This document shows, in pieces, positions 39,994 through 50,658 of a stretch of 64,000 bases of DNA (the stretch's first letter is position 1; each line of letters opens with the position of its first letter). The notes under the pieces are model-generated. The model was not told the origin of the DNA. It did no database searches and saw only the letters and a list, made by a program, of their open reading frames with translations. Source of the stretch: Chiloscyllium plagiosum (Eukaryota). The translations under genes and the position numbers were made by a program. The stretch spans positions 77,500,274 through 77,564,273 of the forward strand of contig NC_057718.1 in assembly GCF_004010195.1 (NCBI RefSeq), written 5' to 3'.

Positions 39994-40733
39994 TGTTACA
40001 GCACGGCGGTGAACCCTTCCGTTAATTAAGCCAAGCACCCAGAAAAGCTCACTTCACTTCGTAATCTGTTAAAGTATGAGTGACAGAGAACTCCCAAATT
40101 CCACTATTCAAAGAAAAAATATCAATTTATTCTTTAGCTCGAAAAGTGAACATTAAACTAACTACTTATAACTCTAAGCCTCCTTTCTCTTAAATGCTTG
40201 GTATTTGCCTCCCACTCTATAACAATATACTGTTCTCATAAAAGCCTGTATTAAAATCACACCAAATTAAGTTCAAAACCAGACCGCAGCTGTTGTCTCT
40301 GGTGTCCTCCTTTTGGCTGAAGGTCTCCCTGGGTTATCTTCTGTCTTTTGCTGCAAAGATGTTTCATATGAAAAATGTACCTTTGATAGTGTTTTGAATG
40401 GCATTCTCTCTTTATGGCAGTTATTCTCTGGATCTAACTTTCAAAATGTCTGCTTCTTTATACCCCTAACATTGGATTGTCTCAATGGTTCGAGGTTGGC
40501 AAAAACAATAAATTCAAACTTGATTGAGTTTTAGTATTGTGAGGCATAATTTAAATTGATTGGTTAGATTTGAATTGTTGTCAAAACAACTCAGGTATCT
40601 ATTTCAAATTTTCTATTTTCTAGTACATTCTGAGACTGCTAGTCAGCCACATGTCAGGTGCCAGCAAGCTGTCAGTGCAAACGAGAATTCATTCTCTCTT
40701 AAAGGTACAGTAAATGCCTTCAACTTCATAACA
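39994..40733 (-). repeat. Gmr1-B 5' LTR
   Basis: Minus strand TGTTATGAAG..TGTAACA; aligns with 31079-31822. Confidence 0.9.
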
Positions 40734-42387
40734 ATTAATGCCTCCCACTGTTGTGTTAGTTCACACAATCCCATACATCCATAGGGTGGTGTCCCATTGT
40801 GACCTATCCCTATTAATACACCTGAAGTGGCAGAGTGAATCACTTGCCAGAATGAATCTCTAACAGCCGGGGTTTGCATGGCTGACACATTTTCTGCAAA
40901 GATTTGGTTATATTGGGTGTCATTAGCAGCATCTGGGATAAGCAGAAATCAGCAGGGTACATCTTTTCTGCTTTTGAAGGTTGGTACCAACCCCAATTTA
41001 ATACCTCCCGCACACCACCATTTGTTACCATTACCAATACACCAAGGGTAGCAAGAGGAGTTACCTCTATTTGTCTTATTACATCTGAGCCAGGGGGGTT
41101 GGTCTGCAAGTCAGAGTAGTTGCACTCAATTTTTTAAAATCACCTTGCCTATATCAAAACTTAATTTTACTAACTTCATGTCAGCCAGAACTTCTAATAA
41201 TGTCTGATCTTCTGACTATGTTTATTCCATACAATGGTATCTACTTTGTCTGTGGGCACAAAGCATATGCCTGGCTACCATGTGGTCATGTTACCTAGGC
41301 CACATGGTGCCATTTGTGCATCACATTCTCATTCCTCTTGAAGTGATCATCGGGACACTGCAAACATGCCATCATGGAAATGGAACAGCTCTTTGCTTTT
41401 CTTTTTCTCCCCTACAGCATAGGTAACCTAGCCAGAGAATTTATCAACATAGCTGCAGTCCTAGAGCAAGTAGCCAATGACACTTCACAAACCTGAGGCA
41501 AGGTACGTGCAGAAATGGTCACTGTATGAACCGTGGCTCTGCAGAACTAGTGGCCTTAGACTGAATATTAGCTGAGAAAGGGGCTCCATGTGCAATGATT
41601 GGAAAGGTGTTCTGCATATATATCCCCAAACACTTGGAAGAAGCTACTGATTTGGCTGACCATATCAGCAAAACATTGGACAAACTCAAACAAACCACAG
41701 CCTTCACCCTGTGGAGTTGGACAACAGGATGGCTGCGATCCCTAGGGACATCTGTTGCCCAGGGAATAGTAATTTTTGTCATTTTTGTTTGCCCATGTTA
41801 TGTTATTTATGGCCTTTTTAAATGTTACATTACTACAATAATGAAGATGACTGCGGAAGGGCCACAGAACAAGAAAGTGGCTCTGCTGAACACTACCAAG
41901 ATAACGGGCATCTAGTGGAATGACAAAAGAAATAACAAGCTCATCACATGTTGGGAAGGGGATCATAGATGTGACACAACCAAAAGAAGACCACTTATGA
42001 ACTGTTGTTGGGCCTAAGGCACAACGGACATTGCCACGGGTGACCATCTGATTCGAACAAACTTTCAAATGGAAACTGGGCTCTTAACCCTACTTATGAT
42101 GCTTTAGACTAAGCATTTGTAGTGTCCTAGGGCCATAAGCTGGCCATGGGCCAAAGAAGGGAACTGTTGGGGGGGCCCATATTTGAGCAACATGATGGCT
42201 GGCAGCTAAGCACACCCTTTAGCCTTGCCGAAAATGCCTATCAAGTGGTTAAACAGAACTAAATGCCTGCTCTAGCATTTAAATAAGACACTGTGGTACA
42301 TTTGATAAGGAGGTTATTCAGAGGCAAAAGGGAGCCTTGCACACATAACAGCTGCAAAAAGATTTGTTAGAGATAGTTTGATAAGCA

Positions 42388-43104
42388 TTCAAAGTTTGTG
42401 CGAAGATTTGTAGTTCGGGTGCTTGTTGTTGTGGTTCTGTTCGTCGAGCTGGAAGTTTTTGTTGCAAACGTTTCGTCCCCTGGCTAGGCGACATCATCAG
42501 TGCTTGGGAGCCTCCTGCGAAGCGCTTCTTTGATGTTTCCTCCGGTGTTTATAGTGGTCTGTCCCTGCCGCTTCCGGTTGTCAGTTTCAGCTGTCCGCTG
42601 TAGTGGTTGGTATTTTGGGTCCAGGTCGATGTGTTTGTTGATGGAGTTTGTGGATGAATGCCATGCCTCTAGGAATTCCCTGGCTGTTCTCTGTCTGGCT
42701 TGCCCTATAATGGTAGTGTTGTCCCAGTCGAATTCATGTTGCTTGTTGTCTGCGTGTGTGGCTACTAAGGATAGCTGGTCGTGTCGTTTCGTGGCTAGTT
42801 GATTTTGGTTGTGGTATGTCCTCGTTCCGTGGTCTTTCTCTTAGGCATCTGTTGATGAAGTTGCGCGGGTATCCGTTTTTGGCGAATACCTTATATAGGT
42901 GTTCCTCTTCTTCTTTTTGCAGTTCTGGTGTACTGCAGTGTGTTGTGGCCCTTTTGAATAGTGTCCTTATGCAGCTTCATTTGTGTGTGTTGGGGTGGTT
43001 ACTTTCATAGTTTAGGACTTGGTCTGTGTGTGGCTTTCCTGTATACCCTTTTAGTGAATTCTCCATTCGGTGTTCTCTGTACCATCACGTCAAGGAATGG
43101 GAGC
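42388..43104 (-). mobile_element. 5'-truncated, internally deleted Penelope copy related to 35181-38055
   Basis: Same pseudo-LTR, GIY-YIG and RT C-terminal sequence. Confidence 0.9.
42464..42503 (-). ncRNA. Minimal type I hammerhead ribozyme motif
   Basis: GCA-CTGATGA-T-GTCGCC-tagcca-GGGGAC-GAAA-CGTT-TGC. Confidence 0.85.
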
Positions 43105-43701
43105 CACCTCAAAACAGTTCAAGAAGGTATCCCAGACTCTAAGTTATCTCGTTGTTCTAAGTAGGTATAAAGTGGATATTCCAGGAGTGATGCAGCTGGC
43201 CCAACCATTCAGTTTTAAACAAAACTATTTATATACGAACAAAAGAAAACCGAATTTAGAATAACATAACTATTTGAAAACCCATTAGACTCTACTGCAA
43301 CTTAGTGATGCTGTTTCAAATAGTTGTAACATGCCCATAAAAACAGCTTCTTACAGGTGATATGTCAGAGGGAGAAAGGATCAGCATGGAGTTGTTTCTA
43401 TGGGTCTAGCAGCTTCTCTGGGTTCCCAGCTAAGATTTGATCAGCAGTTCTGAATAGCCAAACTACTAAAATCAAAACAAACCACAGAAAAGTTGAGCTG
43501 GGAGAACTGTCCATTCCCCTTTCATTTTACAAGTGTCTTTTTTAAAACTTGAAAGCCTATTGTTTGAGACAGTATCTGTTAGCTATAATCAAATTGGCCC
43601 CAAAACCCATATGAACCAGACACACCAGAAGCTCTGTTTATAACCCCTCTCAAAATAAAACAAGGACAGAGTAACCTTGCCAAAGGAGCAGCATCATCAC
43701 A
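43105..43701 (-). mobile_element. Probable solo LTR of another family inside the ERV 3' LTR (possibly 42371-43701 with TTAG TSD)
   Basis: Minus strand begins TGTGATGATG at 43701; absent from the 5' LTR; TTAG at 42367-42370 and 43702-43705. Confidence 0.45.
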
Positions 43702-45339
43702 TTAGCTAAAGAATGCTAACAGCAGGGGTACATATAAAACTTTACAGAAAATTAGCTTTACAATAGAATTGATATTATGACTCTTATACTAGTTAGTAAG
43801 AATCAACTGTCTTTTGTATTGTTATGTATATAATTAGGACAGTCAGAAAATATAACAGAAGTAACAAAATCTGACAGACAAAGCAAATAAATACAATGAA
43901 TAACAGAATTCAAGCAGTCCTTAGAGATAAGCAAGACTGGGACCTGTCAAAAGGCTTGCTGCCAGTAACTTTGGAAGGTGAATTAATAGGATGCATTGAA
44001 AATCCTAAGACCTGGTGATTACAATATCAGTTAAACATCATGAGATCATGGGGATCCTCGGGCTATCCATAGGGATGTCCATCATGTACTAGATTTTCAA
44101 AGGATTGGATGTATAGAATAAGGGGAAGAGCGCAGTGTTCATGCTGTATGTGATTATTGTTACACAAAATGTACAAAAATATTGTATCCTACTGTGAAAA
44201 TCAGAGTGTCATTGACCTCTCTTCCGATTTGAGCTAAAGATTAAGGGGATAACTGCATCCTCACATCGAGGCTGGATTTAAGGGGAATCTGTGGCCTTCT
44301 CCCTGCATGATCTGGTAATTGCTTTAATAAAGACTTCCACATGCCAGAATTCTGCCTGTCTCCTGAGTCTTTATCCCCAGTCGGGGGTTTTATTCCTACA
44401 GGGACTCTGCAGTCTTCAGGACTCAATATTGGATTGCAGTAGTTTTAGGAGACTATGCTGGGATACAGGATGTACAATTCAGCATAAAATATTTTATTGC
44501 TCCTCAAAATGTCAGACTAAAGTGACTTTACCAAGCCATCTTTCTCTTTCAGGCTACTGATCACAGAGATCTCTCTGTGTACTTTGTGGAAGAAAAAACA
44601 TGAGCATATGACATCCTGCACCACAGAGCAGACTCTGGACCAGCAGATGATCTTCGAGTCTGCTAAGCAAAGAGCAAGGCTTGCTGGCTGTTTGCCTCCT
44701 GGAGGTCCTCTGTGACGTCAACCCCCATCAACTGAATTGGAGCAAATTCTCCAGGCCTTTATGGATATGACAACGTTCCCTTTGTTCCTCTCTCACTTTC
44801 TAGAATCTATTTGTGTTCAATTTTGTTGCTTCCCATTAAAGTCCTAGAGATTCAAAGAGGTCCTTCATAGTCCTCCAACTTGAATTAATTGGTGTTCCAT
44901 GAGATCAAAAGTCTAATTTTCAGTTTTTATATACTCTAACTACACCTGTGATGTCCCTTTAGATGACAGTCTGCAGTAGGTGGCGGTAGTCAGGGAAGAA
45001 TGCTGGTGGACCTTTCTGGCCTGGACTAGCTGTATCTATGCTGCACTTGATCTGCAGGGCTGCTGAGAATGTGTTACAACTTGACATCCATTATCATCTC
45101 CAATAGGAGTTTGGATATTGTGTCCAGTCTGCGGTGGTCCCTCTGTATTGTGCAACCACGTTAATTATTCAGTTGAAGTCACAGAGCAGATCAACTTGGA
45201 CATCACCAGCATCAGTGAGAACTGCTGACGGACATCCATCTGCTTGCTGTTTTGAGCTGCAGCATACATGTTAATAAACAGTAGAGTTATTCATCACTAC
45301 AATTTTAAGAACGAATCCCATGTCTTTTGTCTTCAGATA

Positions 45340-46770
45340 CAGGTTTGTACATCTGATTTGATTTATTGCAGTCACATGTACCTAAGTACAGTGAAAAGTT
45401 TTGTTTTTAGATTAGATTACCTAAAGTGTGGAAACAGGCCCTTCGGCCCAACAAGTCCACACCGACCCTCCGAAAAGAAACCCACCCCCCCTATATTTAT
45501 ACCTGACTAATCCACCTAACACTACAGGCAATTTAGCATGGCCAATTCACCTAACCTGTACACCTTTAGACTGGGAGGAAACCAGAGCAAACCCACGCAG
45601 ACATGGGGAGAACGTGCAAACTCCACACAGACAGTTGCCCAAGGCGGGAATTGAACCTGGGTCCCTGGTGCTGTAAGGCAGCAGTGCTAACCACTGAGCC
45701 ACCATGCCGCCCAAAGCAGTACATTGCAGATCACAACAACAAGGACATATAGATCATAGGGTGCTTAAACAGTGTGAAGCATACAAGGTTACAGCTGCAC
45801 AAGAGGTGGGCAAAACAAGACCAACATTATTTGAAGTTAAAGACGTCCATTCATCAGTCGAATAACAGCAGGGAAGAAGCTGTTCATGAACTTGTTAGTG
45901 CGTATGTTCAAGCTTCTGTATCCTTCCTGAACAAAGAGGTTGGAAGAGAGCATTACCAGGGTGGGAAAGATCTTTGATGATGTTGGCAGCCTTTCCACAA
46001 CAATGAGAAGTGTAGACGGAGTCAATGGGTGGGAGGTTGGCTTCTGCGATGGTTTGGGCTGTGCGCTCAACTTTCAATAGTTCCTCACAGTTCTAGGCAA
46101 AGCATTTGCCGTACCAGGCCGCTATGCGCCCAGATAGAATGCTTTCTATGGTGCTTCTATAAATGTTGGTGGAGACCCTTATGGTGCCGACTTTCTTAAG
46201 CTGCTTAAGGAAGAAGAGGCATTGTTATGCTTTCCTGACCATTGCATCCATATCAGAGGTCCAGGATAAATTGTTGGTTTTCATCACTCCTGGGAACTTG
46301 TTACTCTTGACCCTCTCCACTTCAACTCTGTTGATGTAAGTAGGGCATGTCCTCCTCCTTTCTTCCTTCTGACTCATCATTGTTTGATATCCAGCCTACC
46401 ACGGTGTTATTGTCAGCAAACTTGCAGTTGGCAGTTCAAACGGAATTTAGCTACAGAGTCATGGGGGTACAGAGAGCACATTAGGGTGCTGAGAATGCAT
46501 CCTTGTGGAGCGCCAGTGTTGATGCTTATCGTTGAGGAGGTGCTGTTGTCTATCATCACTGATTGTGGTCTGTGGGTCAGAAAGCTGAGGATCCAGTTGC
46601 AGAGGACAGAGCTGAGACCTAGGTCACAGAGTCTTGAGATTGGAGGGGATTATGGTGTGGAAGCTGAAGGTGTCGATGAGTAGGAGCCTGACATTGTTGT
46701 CCTTTTTATCCAGATGTTCCAGGGCTGAGTGTAGGACTAGGGGAATGGCATCCGTCGTGGACCTGACATA
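45340..46770 (-). mobile_element. Rex1/Babar-like LINE 3' fragment
   Basis: [66 protein letters not shown]. Confidence 0.8.
45407..45712 (-). mobile_element. HE1-like V-SINE
   Basis: Reverse complement of the SINE at 33981-34294, with A/B boxes and (TAATC)n tail. Confidence 0.92.
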
Positions 46771-47485
46771 AGATTCCTTTTTTTGCTTCATTGTGCACTC
46801 TATCCCCTTTCACTTGCAGGTGAGCCTTGGTGTATGAGTCCTGTCTTTTTGCTTATTGGGATATATTCGTTGTGAACCCTTCCAGCACATTCTTGAATGC
46901 TTTTGTTTACTCTGATGTTGATTTATGTTCAAATAGTTTTTGTCAAATCGCATATCATCTAAGTAAAAGTGCCCTTTTAAAACTTGAAACTTTTATTCGT
47001 GGTCTGTTCTTTTCCAGAACATTGTTAAATTTAATTGAATTTTGATTGACCATCAGAATACTCTCCCTTGCCATCTGTCCATCGTTGTTTCTAAAACGAA
47101 GTCCGGAAATGTCACTTGTTTTATGGGCTTGCCACGTAACTAAAAGGTTGTGCTTGAATATATTTTAAGAAAGAAGAGAGAAGAAGTAAAGACAGAGGGC
47201 AAAAGAGCAATATTTGACCAATAGCTTTATTTGTTTTGTTGATCATGCATGGCTTTTATCAAATGTCAAAAGATGTTATTGATGTTAGTGTGTGGAATCA
47301 TAAATGACTTAAAATAGATATCAGTGTTTGTTGTTAAGATAAACCTCTGTACAGTTTGCTATAAAACAGTTTCCATGCAGTTATTCTTTATCTTTCACTT
47401 TTCTGAATTTATTGTGGATATTAATTTATTGTACTTGTTTTGCAACTTTAGTTATTTCAATTTGATAGGGTATAATATGTACAAA

Positions 47486-47668
47486 GGAGAAAGTGAGGAT
47501 TGCAGATGCTGGAGATCAGAGGTGAAAAATGTGTTGCTGCAAAAGCGCAGCAGGTCAGGCAGCATCCAAGGAGCAGGAGAATCGACGTTTCGGGCATAAA
47601 ACGTCGATTCTTCTGCTCCTTGGATGCTGCCTGACCTGCTGCGCTTTTCCAGCAACACATTTTTCAGC
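47486..47668. mobile_element. Mini Penelope-derived fold-back insert, 15-bp TSD
   Basis: TSD TATAATATGTACAAA (47471-47485) and TATAATACATACAAA (47669-47683); inverted arms meet inside the hammerhead region. Confidence 0.88.
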
Positions 47669-48204
47669 TATAATACATACAAATCCAAGGCATATTAGAC
47701 TTTAGTAATCAATAATTAACTCACCTAATATCCTCTTAATTGACCTTTTCATCCCACAAATTACAAAGTAGTTTACATTGAAAGGATTTTGAGAAAAGTA
47801 GCATTGCAAATTATTGTTTAAAAAAATGTAGTATTAAAATTATACTTAAGTACGGAAAAATAGTGTGACTGAAAGTCATAAACAATATTATTTTTCGGCT
47901 GAATGCATGCAGTTTTTGTGGACTTTGACATGATAGATAGCTATTTAGTAAAATATCTCAACCTCAAATCAGTTCAGGGTAGATAGTAACAGAACATTGA
48001 TGCCAATTCCTATTAATAGTAAACTCGTTGATGAAAAGATCATTTTGATTCAACAGACATTCAGTGGCATTATTCGTCTCTTTAAAAAGGAATTCATTAC
48101 ATTATCCAATTTCAGTGTTTCTTGCTCAGAAACTGAATACAACAATTCAAAAACATTGTGGGGGTCAATTTCTTCTCTGCTGTTTATTGGCTGGTTAATC
48201 ACAT

Positions 48205-48389
48205 TGTTAATGTGTGTTGAGATTAAGAGAAATGTGGTAGATATTAATTGTCTTTGAATGTATATAAATAAGGGCAAATGTGACATTAGGGTGTGGGATC
48301 AGAGCTGTGGATCTGAATCTATATATTTTCTCTATCAATAAACGGTGTCTGGGTTTCTATCCCACCAACTGCCTTGGATTCTATTAACA
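48205..48389 (+). repeat. Copia 5' LTR (185 bp)
   Basis: Terminal inverted repeat TGTTAAT..ATTAACA, TATATAAA at 48261, AATAAA at 48337. Confidence 0.75.
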
Positions 48390-48390
48390 T

Positions 48391-48408
48391 TGGTAGCAGG
48401 GCATGGTT
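48391..48408 (+). promoter_or_regulatory. Primer-binding site, tRNA-iMet
   Basis: TGGTAGCAGGGCATGGTT versus TGGTAGCAGAGGATGGTT. Confidence 0.85.
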
Positions 48409-48609
48409 GCCATTACGTGGAAACCTACATTCCCTCTTTTTTTTCATCTGTGTGAAGCTCCTTGGTCTGTGCGAGGCAGTGAATTCTGAAATTAGATGTC
48501 AAGACCAGGAATGGTGCAGAACACTGATCTGTGTACACAAATGCTTCGATCTTACAAGGATATTATTAGAAGCTAAGACTTATTTTTTTATGGAAGATTG
48601 TAATTGGAG

Positions 48610-49140
48610 TTATAGAATCATAGAGTGTACAGCATGGAAACAGACCCTTTAGTCCAACTCATCCAAGCCAACGAGATATCATAAATAAATCTAGTCCCAT
48701 TTGCAAGTTTTTGGAGGATAGTGGGTTAGTGTAGGTTAGGTGGGCTTGGATTGGCGCAACATCGAGGGCCGAAGGGCCTGTACTGCGCTGTATTCTTCTA
48801 TGTTCTATGTTCTATGTCTCTCTAAACCTTTCCAATTCATATACCCATCCAGATCTTTTTAAATGTTGTAATTGTATCAGCCTCCACCACTTCCTCTGGC
48901 AGCTCTTTCCATATACACACCACCTGCTGCATGAAAAAGTTGCCCTTAGATTTCTTTTAAATCTTTCCCCTCCCACATTAAACCTGTATCCTTTGCTATT
49001 CTGAGGAAAAGACCTTGGCTGTTCACCCTATCTATGCCCATTATGATTTTATAAATTTGTATAAGGTTATCCCTCAAGCCTCCAATGTTCTATAGAAAAC
49101 AGCCCCAGCCTATTCAGCCCCTCGCCAGAGCTCAAACACT
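48610..49140 (-). mobile_element. CR1 3' fragment, containing a plus-strand CR1 tail at about 48715-48815
   Basis: Minus tail tagaatcatagag..cagcatggaaacagaccc; inner gggccgaagggcctgt..(TTCTATG)n. Confidence 0.85.
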
Positions 49141-49905
49141 CTATCTACTTTGGCTGTAACCAAGTTTAAAGTTTGGGAGATGACTTCCGTCAATGTCTGT
49201 GAAGGTGAACTTATTATCAATAGAATAATAAATTGGATATGGGAGCATGAATATGTCTTCAAAAAGAAAAACAACTTAGGGACTTAGTATCGTCAATTCC
49301 TTCTCATGGTAAAATCAGTTCTAAAGTGTTTTTGGAGCTACAGGTACAACAATCAGACACTGAGGAAGGTTTTGAAATTCTGCCAAAATTATTAGACAAA
49401 TCCAATAAGAAGATTGATCCATTAAATACATATGAGAACTGGTCTGACTTTGGAAAGCTGAATGGTTATTCCATAGAAGAATAAAACCGATAAAATGAGA
49501 CATTGTAAAAATTTTATTTGGAGATTCCTAATTCAGTGCTTACTTTTAAATAGTTGGATTATAGCACAATTGTGGCTGTCAAACATGGGTAGATTCCAAT
49601 ATAGCTGGTGCTAGTTATCCAGAAATAAGTATGCTTCTAGAACAGATATCAGAAACCTTAAATTCCTGGGAAAACAAACATTTCCAACAGTTTTAATGGT
49701 ATAACTATGACATCCAGCAATTACAGAAAAAATTGAATATTCAATTGTAATGCCATTTCAAGACCATTCAGATCTAGGGACCAAAGATCAACATGAAAAA
49801 ATAATAAAATAGTAAAAGAATGCCTATTTGAGATACCTTTGGCAGCTAGGAGACAACAGAGGCTTTGGAACTACAACAAGAGAATGAACACTGGGAATGG
49901 TCAAC

Positions 49906-50189
49906 AGATTAGATTAGATTACTTACAGTGTGGAAACAGGCCCTTCAGCCCAACAAGTCCACACCGACCCGCCGAAGCGCAACCCACCCATTCCCCTATA
50001 TTTACCCCTTTACCTAACTCTACGGGCAATTTAGCATGACCAATTCACCTGACCTGCACATCTTTTGGACTGTGGGAGGCAACCGCAGCACCCGGAGGAA
50101 ACCCACACAGACACGGGGAGAATGTGCAAATTGAACCCGGGTCTCTGGCGCTGTGAGGCAGCAGTGCTAACCACTGTGCCACCGTGCCA
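49906..50189 (-). mobile_element. HE1-like V-SINE with a small internal deletion
   Basis: Similar to 33981-34294. Confidence 0.92.
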
Positions 50190-50658
50190 CATATTTCAAA
50201 TGTGACATGAAATATTAGTATGCCAAGTATGTGTTAAATGGAATAGCAAGGTTTTTTAAAAATAATATACAACATGGAAAGTTCAAAGAAGATGATGGCA
50301 ATACTGATCAGGTAGAAATAATTGTAGTGGTCACAAGAAGATTCAACCTAATAATGAATGTTCTAGTTGCAAATTCATTAAATTTGCTACATTTGACAGT
50401 GGATGCATGTCTAGTGTGAGGAGTGTATTAGGTAACATCTTATCTAGATTCTCCACGTAAGGTTGAAGTAAGGTTAAGGAATTTGGAAGTTCTATTTGCT
50501 ACAGATTTGGAGATGACAACACACTAAGCCAATTAAGATTGGTGATTCCATGTAAACTTAAGGAAATGAACTTGATTCTTAGCTCCTTTAGCATCGCATT
50601 CTTGGAAAGTAAAACATAGATACAAAAGCTGAAAGAGAAAGATTTTCAAAGAGAACTT

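Larger units (their letters stand above)
31079..40733 (-). mobile_element. Gmr1-like Ty3/gypsy LTR retrotransposon copy B, two LTRs, 4-bp ATTA TSD
   Basis: LTRs 39994-40733 and 31079-31822; TSD at 31075-31078 and 40734-40737; gag ATG at 39788; ILRDTES protease; IN at about 34800-33500; RT ORF 32285-33160 (YLDV); RH to 31991. Confidence 0.93.
30949..41915 (+). pseudogene. env: ERV env (gamma-type SU/TM), split by Gmr1-B
   Basis: Signal peptide MKILILCGFL; frame rejoins across the insertion (YAKRI|NASHCCVS); FVCGHKAYAWLP; immunosuppressive-domain-like LQN.VALD.ILAEKG followed by CAMIGKVFC at 41539-41620; hydrophobic TM at about 41760-41825. Confidence 0.88.
13833..44400 (+). mobile_element. 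Endogenous retrovirus provirus (LTR-PBS Arg-[unassigned segment]-pol-env-PPT-LTR) with nested insertions
   Basis: Homologous LTRs at 13833 and 42166; GGGAC TSD at 13828-13832 and 44401-44405; pol and env motifs in correct order; host Penelope sequence is continuous across the site. Confidence 0.9.
42166..44400 (+). repeat. ERV 3' LTR with nested insertions
   Basis: Preceded by PPT AAAGAAGGGAAC; starts TGTTGG, ends CCTACA; both ends align with the 5' LTR. Confidence 0.88.

Noticed and set aside
48050..48286. 78-aa minus-strand ORF that looked like a terminal host exon
   Set aside because: Its 5' part and putative acceptor lie within the copia LTR (48205-48389), and no protein motif was recognised
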